Origin: Welwitschia mirabilis | Lineage: Eukaryota | Direction of reading: 5' to 3' | NCBI GenBank assembly: GCA_051453625.1 | Contig: JBOZIK010000001.1 | Span: 16,522,583 to 16,542,582 of the forward strand | Length of the DNA: 20,000 bases | Shown here: positions 11,540 to 20,000 of the stretch, piece by piece | Numbering within the stretch: the first letter of the stretch is position 1 | How the letters are laid out: each line of letters begins with the position of its first letter | The notes under the pieces: generated by a model | Databases searched by the model: none | What the model was told of the DNA's origin: nothing | Seen by the model: only the letters and a program-made list of their open reading frames with translations | Position numbers and translations under genes: made by a program

Positions 11540-11950
11540 TTTAGTGTCCATGTGACACTCCATCATCCCCATGTGAGTATCAATAACATAATGAATTATT
11601 GCATGAAAGGCTCTTCCTTAAAGTTAAGGATATCCTCCATTATGCTTGACCTCAATGATTACCACATCTATAGGGTAGAAATCCTCTTCAATTTGAATCA
11701 CTAAGTCTTTAATTATACCTATAGGTTTCTTAATTATTGCATTAGCTAATTCCAATGCTATTTAAGTAGGTTCAATCATCCCTTCTAATCCAAACTTTCT
11801 ACAAATCTGTAAAGGCATAATATTTACACTTGTTTCTATGTCTATTAAGTCTTTCTTAATTGTCTTATTTCCTTTCAAAACAACATAAATAGTGGTTACC
11901 CCTAGATTTTTAAACTTAAGATGTTTTTAAGAAATCAGGTTGGAAAGGGA
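11540..11950 (-). pseudogene. Gypsy aspartic protease remnant
   Basis: KFKNLGVTTI (cf. KLKDPGSFTI), LIDIETSVNIMP (cf. LCDLGASINLMP), LELAN..IKKPIGIIKDL.IQI..FYP.D and GRAF. Confidence 0.85.
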
Positions 11951-13730
11951 TTGTGTGATGAACAATTTACTTAGAATTATTCTCTTTTGTTTTCATCTTA
12001 CTAATTTCTTCCAAATTTTGTTATACTTTTGGTTATCTTAAAGGATCTTCCAAAAGGATAAGTTGATAGTAACATTATTCATAATTACCTTCAAATACTT
12101 ATCATAAGTTAGACTGGTATTCAATCTATCCATCCATGGGGTCATCTTATTTTTTGGATGTTGTTTATTATTGTTGGATTTAAAGTTGATAATAGGAGGA
12201 AGGTTTGGTTGATCAATAATTTTAACATTATCTTCTTGAGGTACCTTCCAATATTTCTTAACATCATTTGGGTTTAGAATAATTTGGATGGCAAGTAATC
12301 CTTATGGCTTTTGATTTTCTAGCATGTTTTGTCGAAGGAGGTTAATCAAATTTTATAAGTCCTTATTTTGATTTTCTAGAATTTTATTAGTAGTATCCTG
12401 TGTCTTTTTGAGTTTTTCCCATCGTTTCTCTATAAGAGTCATTATTGTTGTAGTTGGAAAAATTGGGTCGAAAGTTATGGCTTCTGAATTTCTTATCAAA
12501 TGAAGGTTTAAAATATGTTGAAGGTTTATTATTTCATGTTGGATATTGTTGGTTGCCTCTAAAGTTGTTTGGCCTTTGGTTGAATGCATAAACTTCATTA
12601 AACATGGCCTTTCTACAAGTTGATAAGGTTGGGTATTCTTTGATAGGATGAAAGATTTCATCACATATTTCATAATGGTTGAGTTAATTTAGCAAGTTTA
12701 TATTAGTTAATGCTTTTGTATAGCTTTCTAAGGTACTAGTAAGATTACTAAGAAGGGGGTTAACCTTTGGTTGTTCTTCTTCATATTGCACTTTTTTCAA
12801 ATCTCTAAGCATTTCAGTATAGTTTTAGTGTCTTTACATGTAGTTTTACGACAATACTAACTTCTTTCTATAAGGCCTTATAATAAGTTTTAACCATCAT
12901 CTAAGTTTAAATTAAATAATCTTCCACCACATGAAAAATATACCATCTGTTTAGTTTTACTATTTAATCTAGTATAGAAGTGATCAATAAGATCATCTTT
13001 TGAAAACTCATTTACTTAGTTGAATGACATAGCTATGAAAAATATTTTAAATGTTAAGGAGTATTCTTCATTAGGGTATTATTGGAAATTGGTTACCTCC
13101 TTTCTTCTTATCCTCATGACTGTCTCATTCATGATCATTTAATAAAGACTTCTTGAACTTCATTCCAACTTCAAAGGCTTTGGTGTTTGATGGTTTTAAG
13201 CCAATTTTTTTCTTTTTCTCTAAGGGTAAATGGAAATATGATCATGTAAGTTCTATCTAAAATTTTATTTTTTTTCATTTCTTGAAGTAAGAATGAGTTG
13301 TTCAATCTCAACTATGTATTGGAATGCATCCTTATCAGGTTCTTTAGAAAAGGTAGAATAGGAATTCAAGTTCTTTAACTCTACATCATCCTTGGCAGGT
13401 AGGTTAAATGAGTTTCGAAGTTCCCTCTTTTTGTTAACTAACATATCCTTTAGAGTAACATTTGAACTAGAAGCTCCTGATATTTTATGTATAAATTTAT
13501 TAGATGTCATAGAGGTAGGACAATTAGGATGAATAGGTAAATGAAGAAATGTGGGATTTTTATAAGAACTTGGTTGATTTTTAGAGATTTTCAAAGGTTG
13601 AAGAGTGTCCAAACAAGAATTATTAAATGCATAATAATTGTATTATTTAATTAAGAAAATAAAATTCTACTTCTTACCTCAAGTCCTTAAATTAAATTCC
13701 ATCAAAACTTCTTTATTTGCTTTCACCATT
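11950..13730 (-). pseudogene. gag: Gypsy (Athila) gag and linker remnant; start approximate
   Basis: Lies between the PBS/leader and the protease. ORF 13265-13612 ends with STFSKEPDKDAFQYIVEIEQLI (cf. P.F.G...EDP..HL.EF..I). Further remnants are FPFTL.EK.KNWL and LIDHFYTRL. ORF 12353-12673 is a fragment of the linker. Confidence 0.75.
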
Positions 13731-14299
13731 ATCCTATAAGGTTAAATTATGTTAAACAAACTTCTTTACATTCAAATGGCAAAAATCTCTAGGATTATTT
13801 AAATGTACAAGAAGATACACCAAATGAATGTAGCAATTACTCAGATCACACAAAGTGCAAAGTATAGGCTAAGTTTATTGAAAGTAATAATTAATGTGAT
13901 AATTCCCAAGATCACATAAAGTATGAGGGGTAGACTTAACAAGATTTGGTAATCTTATTTAAGGAATGAGTAAGCCTATAAAAATATTTTTAAAAAAATA
14001 TAAGATGGTAAAAATAAATTAATTTCTAAATTATAAATTGCTGAATTGAAATATAATTCCCTTAAATTAAGATTGAACTTAGAAGAAAAGTAAGGAAAAT
14101 TATAAGAAATCAAAAATTAAAATTAAAATTTACAAGAAAAGGAGATTAAATTACAAGCAATTACTTATAGACTAAAAGCTAATCAAGAAATTGCAAGTAA
14201 ATATAAGAGGATAAAATACAATACTACTTAAATAAATAATTTGAATTGAATTCAAGATACTTACTTAAGTAATGACATGTTTCTTTTCTCTTGGAGTCT

Positions 14300-14320
14300 T
14301 TCCCAACAATGATGTCAAAA
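14300..14320 (-). other. Primer binding site, decayed Athila tRNA-Asp type
   Basis: The + strand TTCCCAACAATGATGTCAAAA compares with the Athila-type TCCCCGGCAACGGCGCCAAAA at 14/21 identity, and all 7 differences are C>T or G>A. It abuts the LTR. Confidence 0.8.
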
Positions 14321-15538
14321 TGTTGTGATACATATTTGTGCTTCCAATTCCATTATTCTAAAGATCAAAGCTAACTTTCAAAACCTAAAAAGTGGATAAT
14401 CTAATTACACATAATCTGCATTTACATAATGGAATTAACCCAAATATCATATACTTAGAGAAGACTTCTAAAATAAAGTTTGAAAAATTGATTTCAGAAA
14501 GAGAAGGAGAATGTGTTTTTAAATTTTTTTTATAGGAAATAAAATTAAACAATGAAAGGATGAAAAACAAAATGCAATGCAATGAAATAAAATGAAATGT
14601 AATGGAATGAAATGAAATGCAAATCTAATGCAATTAATTAACCAAATTTCCAATCTATTATCACTTATATTAGTCCTTATAGCCTATATCAATTACAAAT
14701 TCATGTCACTTTCATTACAATTAAGATAACTTATAAAAAATAAATAATAAATCATTTGAAAATATTTCTAATTTAATTAATATTTTTATTAATAAAATTA
14801 AATTACATCCACTTACAATAATAACTCTTTAATGAAAGATTCACTACCTAACATTAAGGTAGTCCTTCTTATAAGTAGGATGGATCTCCTTGCCTCCAAT
14901 AATATCCAATTATTATAATAATTTAAATGATAAAAGATTATTTAGAATAATTCCTAAGAGGGTCTATTTATATATTAGGATGCATTATTGAGGGTCACTA
15001 AGTGGTGTGAATTCAAAGGAAATGATTGAGATCTATTCTTTCATAGCAGTTAAAATAGTTCATATTTATCATCCTTAATGTCATCCTCATAACATGGTGA
15101 ATGATCACTCTACCAAAACATACTTTTCACATGTTGACCACCAAACTTGTGCTGACTATCATCCTAGGTATCATTCCAACTACATAGGAGATGACTATCA
15201 AATCCTATCTATTTGCACCTATTTGAACATTATTTTTCAATGGTTGTCCCAATCACAGACTAGATGACCATTACTTGGCATCATTTATCCTAATAACATA
15301 AGGAATGACTTATCCCAATAACATAGTAAACAACCAATTTTACTTGCTTAACTTCATCTTAGTCATTTTGCTTTGATCCATTACAATGCAAAAATAGCTT
15401 CTTGTGTTGGAAATTAGTGAATTTCATGACCTGTATGAAATATTTACATAATTTGCATACATCCTTAGAAAACCTATCAATAGGACCTAAAAATGTGCTT
15501 CTCAAGTATGTTAAACAAGTTAGTTTGGCTTTCCAGCA
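14321..15538 (-). repeat. Athila 5' (outer right) LTR, ~1218 bp
   Basis: TGTTGTG...CCAGCA termini, colinear with 4487-5729, PBS adjacent, TSD outside. Confidence 0.92.
14965..14972 (-). promoter_or_regulatory. Putative TATA box of the Athila 5' LTR
   Basis: TATAAATA(GACCC) on the minus strand, downstream of the U3 palindromic motifs. Homologous sites lie at ~5128 and ~6951. Confidence 0.5.
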
Positions 15539-15543
15539 ATGAT

Positions 15544-16285
15544 GATGATAATGATAAAGAAGGATAAGGAACAACTATATAAGTACTATACTCTGAGTGA
15601 TTAGGTCTTTTTCTCTATTGTCTAACAAGGGAAAGAAGTTTTAACAAATCAATGGCAAATTAATTACATTCAATTAGGTAGTTTAGCTTTCAACTTGAGG
15701 TCATCTTATTGGATATGGAGTACTTCTCTTTGAGATTTTGGATTTAATCCCTAAGTGTTATCGTTATTTATTGATAATCACTCATGCCTTTTGGTATACA
15801 TGGTTGTTAGCTATTACTTATTAGCAAACTTTTTTCTGGCACACTCTCATATCTTAATATCATGTTATTGTTGGCACATTTCTATTATGTCTGGTTCTTT
15901 TTAGCACATTGCCATGAGCATATTTTTTATCATGTATTAATGGCACACAAGTTAAATACCATGCTCTAAGTTTATTTTTGAGATATTATTGTTAGCACAT
16001 CTTGTTTGATTAATTGTCAATATTCTTAAATGTAATTATCAATGTTTTTATGCCTTTATTCTCTATAGACTACATGCTTATTCAAATCACTAATGTCATG
16101 ATTTATCAAATGTCTATGTGCCTTTATCTGTTACTCAAGTGATTAATATCTTGTTTCTATAACATTATTACAAAAATTGATTATGTGAATTTATCTAGAT
16201 TATAAGCATCTAATATTAATTAATTGAATGAGATTACACTAAATGAGATTTGCCAAGTTTTAGACATTAGCAAAAAGGGAGATAT
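15544..16285 (+). other. Sirevirus env-like ORF end and 3' internal region with multiple PPTs
   Basis: DDNDKEG* at 15544-15567, PPT-like ACAAGGGAAAGAAG (~15625) and CAAAAAGGGAGAT (16271-16283). Homologous to 19780-19900. Confidence 0.75.
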
Positions 16286-16456
16286 TGTTGGTAAATATAG
16301 TTTTAATGATGTTACTTGTTAACTATTTTATATTATTGTGTAGATAGGTTACTACAAATAAAATCACATCATGATAAGTACAAGTTAATGATGGATCTTA
16401 AAAGATGATATCTCACAAAAAGGTTTAGTTGTTAAAATGCAAAATCAGTTATCTAA

Positions 16457-16860
16457 AGATGTTTATAAAATGAAAGATGTCTATACTAAAGACATCTAGA
16501 TAATTAAAGACATATCTTATGAAGATGTATACATATTAAAAACATCTCTGATGCATCAGCATTTAGATTACAAGCTAAAGATGACTATGATAAAAGATGA
16601 ACCAAACATGGATGAAGACATCTACATGTTTAAAGATATCTATTTTAAGTTGAAATAAGTAATAGAATTATTTTGCATTTTTTAGTAATATTTTATGTTT
16701 TAGGTGAGCTACTAACTTTTACATCATAGATTCATAATCATGGAGGTCCAAGAATTATATAAACCAATTTTATTAAATTTTGAACAAGATCACTAAAAAC
16801 ATCTATAAGGTGAAGACATCTAACTATTAGTAGAAATCTACAAATTTGAAGATGTCTTGG
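16457..16860. repeat. AGACATCT/AGATGTCT/AGATATCT palindrome array in the Sirevirus LTR U3
   Basis: Copies at 16457, 16475, 16490, 16508, 16523, 16540, 16616, 16634, 16797, 16814 and 16849, upstream of the putative TATA box. Confidence 0.85.
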
Positions 16861-17457
16861 ACTAAAGTTCATGTCAATTAAAAATGAAGATGAGCATCCA
16901 ATATCTAGACATTATTTTACTCATTGCATAGTAGTTACAAAGTTTAAATGACTATTATTTGAGGTTAAACAGTTAGTTTTTCTTTAATAATATAAAAACA
17001 CAATGTTAAGGAATAATTTATAACTTTTAATTCTTAAATGATCATATAAACTTTGAATGATGATGCATCTAAAGCACATAATAAATGCATCTTGTATAGA
17101 ATGAAGATCACATGGGTGATTGAAACATCTCATAAAGAATCAAAGTTATCATTTGCAAAGAAGCTTACAGTGTGTACATTATTTATTCTTGAAACCTGCA
17201 TTACTATATCATTCTCTTTCACTTATGATGATAATAACAACAAGGGACTCAAGCTCTCTTCATCACTATATATTTTAGGCATGTTGTTGTATTGTATGTG
17301 TAAATCTTACATTTATTGGATTATCTTATTTTTGAATATTATTATAAGTCCATTTTATATTACAAAACTTACTATAAGGCAACCCTTGTATGCATGGGTG
17401 TTTATTAAGAGTGTACCTATGAGTTCTTACTTTATTGTTAGGTTAATGATGAGCCAA

Positions 17458-17725
17458 AAAACCATTATTTCCTAGAAAGTAAGATAGTTCTATCTTGCAA
17501 GGAGACTCTCATTGTTATGAGGTTTGTTGTGCACCTAGAAAACCACTATTTCCCTATGGAAAAAATATTGCTACCTTTGTAGGAGCCTCTTATTATTGTA
17601 AAGTTTGGGATGTGATAGTAAAACCACTATTTCCTTCTAGGGAAGAGAGTGATATCTTGTGAGAAGACTCTCACTATTATAAGGATGCTTATGTGCCAGA
17701 AAACCACTACTTTCTTATAGGTTAA
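17458..17725 (+). repeat. ~81-bp tandem repeat (3.3 or more units) in the 3' half of the Sirevirus LTR
   Basis: AAAACCA(C/T)TA(T/C)TT at 17458, 17539, 17620 and 17700 (periods 81, 81, 80). Unit bodies also align (GGAGACTCTCA / GGAGCCTCTTA / GAAGACTCTCA). Confidence 0.9.
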
Positions 17726-18041
17726 GAATATATAGAGGTGTGAAAGAAAACTACCCTCTATATATGGACATACTAAAGTTGGGGAACCATAATATCTTAG
17801 TAAGGTGGTTATTATTATGCTTTTTCATTCTATTATTGGTTAAAAATTTTATTTATTAGAGTTTATTTAATCCTTTTTTCTGAGTTCAATAATCCTTAAG
17901 ACATCTTTATAACTGTAAATTCAAAAATTAAAAACATTTCAAAACTAGAATTTGGGATACTTTTTAAGAAAAAGAGTAATCACAAATTGTCATTTTCACT
18001 TCTCCTCTTAATAGGTGTCTTTATTAATGGCTTACAAGATC

Positions 18042-18062
18042 TTTTTTTTTTTTTTTTTTTTT
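18042..18062. repeat. Poly(T)21
   Basis: Perfect mononucleotide run. Confidence 0.95.
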
Positions 18063-18208
18063 GAGATTTTTCTAGATAAACATCTCTAGAATGGTAGAAG
18101 TCTTCACATTGAGATAGAATAGGTGGAAATATCTTACAAGTATAAATTTTTACTTACTTGCATTGATTTTATTTGAAATTTAGTTTCTCCTCATTATATT
18201 GCTTAAGA

Positions 18209-19830
18209 ATGATGAGAAGAAAGGGATTTGATCCAACCAAAGGTAAGGAGCTTGCTCATGAACCATAGTTACCTTAGTATGAGCCTCATTTTCATCATGA
18301 GTTAACACAGAGAAGATTTAAATATTAGACTATAGATTATATCATTGTAGAAATAACCCTTAATTTTTAAAATCACAAAAAAAATTAAACACTGCCATAT
18401 TTATCTTATCTTAGATAGAAAATGATTACTTGACTTAAGTAAAGAATATTAGATCTAGTAGTGTGTGTATTCTATGTAAATATCCATGAGATAAATAACT
18501 CTATGTGCAATTTTTAGATGAAATTTAAAGGCACTTTCTTATTTTTATCACTTGGTAGTATTAATATTTTACTATATAGAGGTGCTTAAAATGTTCTTCA
18601 GCTATTCATCCATTCATTCTAAGAGGTTTTTAGTATTAGAACCACTAGATTATCGTATTACACCTAAGTATACTTATTTTTTAAAAATTCTAAAATGGGG
18701 TTTTATGAAATGTTGAGAAAAAGGATATGGTAGTTAATGATTCTATTATCAGTTTAGTTTTGTTTTATAGTATTCTAGTTAGAGGAGGTAGTTTTAATTA
18801 TTTTACTCATATGTAAATGTTTGTTGTATACTACTTACTCATAGGTTTTAGTATCCACCTTGGTTTTATGCTATGTATGAATATTATTACATTATTTCGT
18901 AAGGAATAAACTTTGAGCCATTCATGTCTAATTAGCCTTAGAATTAAAAATACTTTATTTTAGTTTCTTAGGTCAGTTTAATATAGACAAATAAGCTTCT
19001 CTTAAATTTCAATAATAAGAGATATGATTTATTTCAAGTAGGAGCTAGCATAAGTAAAATGACTCCTAAGAGATTGTTTTAGCAGTCTAAATCCATAAGG
19101 TCTTATATCCTTTTGTTAGTGAAGAAATATCTCTGTGTCATAGCAAAGATGACTCAAAATATTAGCATAAAGTTATTATACTTAAAGAAACACAAATAAA
19201 TAGCTAATGAAGGGAAGGCATTAGCTAGTATCTAGAAGACCATGAGGACTTTCCTATGGTCAGATTCTAAGGAGTATTCATAGATAAAGGAGCATTTAAT
19301 ATGTAAAGGTAGTGGCTATAATTCTACAAGGGATGCAAAGTTGTAGTAGTTAGTTGCCTCTAAGTCAGAGGAGAAGGCAATGTAAGTTCATGGGAAGGAT
19401 TAGTTTTTTAGCATAGCAAGACTAGGAAATTTAGATGATCTAGATGATGATTCTTTTATCTTTTATAAACCTTACTATAAACTTTTTATTTACCATTCTA
19501 CATAGCTAACACTATTACCATCCACTTCATCATAGCTTGTACCTACTTTACTACCTTATTTTCCTTTACCACTACCACTACCAATTCCCATTCATGCTTG
19601 ATCACTCAATTCCCATCACCTATACTTGACTTTGCTATAATTGCTCATATGTTCATATGAGAGTATAGGCCTTGTAGAACTGCCAAAGTCCTTATGGAGA
19701 TAGTTACATAAATAGCACACTCCATAGTCCACCTCATCATCTTTCTATGTCATTTAGACTTCCTTTACCTATAACAGTAATGATAATAATAAGAATGCAA
19801 GAGATGAGATTATTATATCAATGACTCTAC
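18209..19830 (+). pseudogene. Decayed Sirevirus env-like extra ORF, copy 2, uninterrupted; end approximate
   Basis: MMRRKGFDPTKGKELA..YEPHFHHE, VVCVFYVNIHEINNS, SIISLVLFYSILVRGG...MNIITLFRKE*TLSHSCLI, a Pro-rich tract at 19480-19770 and an acidic/Asn tail. Many stops. Confidence 0.75.
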
Positions 19831-20000
19831 TCTTAATAATTAGGCTTTTTATGTTGTTCAAAATGAAGGAGAGTTTTGCAAATCTATCAAGGAATTTATA
19901 TGAGTCTGGAAGCAGTGGACTTGAGATGTGGATTAGATTATCTCACAAGTGCCATCATTCTTAATGCTCACTTTTGAATTTATGCATCTATGATATTATC

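Larger units (their letters stand above)
4487..15538 (-). mobile_element. Athila-lineage Ty3/gypsy LTR retrotransposon insertion with three LTR copies, degenerate
   Basis: Terminal LTRs 4487-5729 and 14321-15538, near-perfect 5-bp TSD (ATCAT 4482-4486 / ATGAT 15539-15543), tRNA-Asp-type PBS, order gag-PR-RT-RH-IN on the minus strand, and an Athila-type KVNG.RLK.Y integrase tail. Confidence 0.9.
1..18036 (+). mobile_element. Sirevirus (Ty1/copia SIRE lineage) LTR retrotransposon, internally deleted and degenerate. The 5' end lies outside the window, and the element is interrupted by an Athila insertion at 4487-15538.
   Basis: Copia order gag-PR-IN(N-term), an env-like ORF after pol, multiple PPT-like tracts, the CAAAAAGGGAGAT-AT-TGTTGG junction at 16271-16291, and a degenerate ATTCACCCCCCCTCT-like signal near the LTR end. 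These are established Sirevirus hallmarks. Confidence 0.85.
16286..18036 (+). repeat. Sirevirus 3' LTR, ~1.75 kb (right boundary inferred)
   Basis: Starts TGTTGG after the PPT, with GTTTTAATGATG just inside (decayed GTTTTGATGATG arm). TATAAAA at 16991. C-rich signal TTTTCACTTCTCCTCT at ~17993-18008. Ends CTTACA. The partner LTR is not in the window. Confidence 0.75.
18037..20000 (+). mobile_element. 3' internal portion of a second, related Sirevirus element; probable host of the 1-18036 element
   Basis: Colinear with 2690-4486 joined to 15544-15700. First PPT-like tract CAAAATGAAGGAGAG at ~19859-19873. Confidence 0.78.

Noticed and set aside
14385..15574. ORFs 14385-14582 and 15359-15574
   Set aside because: They lie in or across the LTR boundary, and the ORF track shows no equivalent ORFs in the other LTR copies.
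17053..17475. 140-aa hydrophobic ORF, the longest in the track
   Set aside because: It has a TTG start, lies within the LTR R/U5 region and has no recognisable motif. The hydrophobicity reflects T-rich DNA.
17458..17725. CRISPR-like array (conserved ~15-bp head with regular spacing)
   Set aside because: The supposed spacers are homologous to each other, the period is 81 bp, no cas genes are present, and the array lies inside a plant LTR. It is an ordinary tandem repeat.
18028..18041. TGGCTTACAAGATC as a tRNA-Met PBS, which would make 16286-18027 a 5' LTR
   Set aside because: It matches TGGTATCAGAGC poorly, is not preceded by CA and is not followed by gag. The LTR is preceded by a PPT.
18042..18062. 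Poly(A) tail of a minus-strand LINE/SINE or retrogene
   Set aside because: The adjacent sequence is homologous to the Sirevirus pre-env region, and no separate element body or TSD is visible.

Overview
This AT-rich, CpG-poor window looks like plant heterochromatin and consists entirely of old, nested, decayed LTR retrotransposons. No intact host gene, RNA gene or CRISPR array is supported. Layer 1 (oldest, 18037-20000, +) is the 3' part of a Sirevirus (Ty1/copia, SIRE lineage) element with a decayed env-like ORF. Layer 2 (1-18036, +) is a related Sirevirus. It has gag, two zinc knuckles and protease, then a pol that runs in frame from the integrase Zn-finger straight to the RNase H tail, with no IN core or RT. 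This is followed by a palindrome array, an env-like ORF, multiple PPTs and a ~1.75 kb 3' LTR. Layer 3 (4487-15538, -) is an Athila-type Ty3/gypsy insertion in the end of that env-like ORF (TSD ATCAT/ATGAT). It has a complete but decayed gag-pol and three LTR copies, with a 100-N scaffold gap next to the middle LTR. All domain calls come from manual translation and motif recognition, not from database searches.
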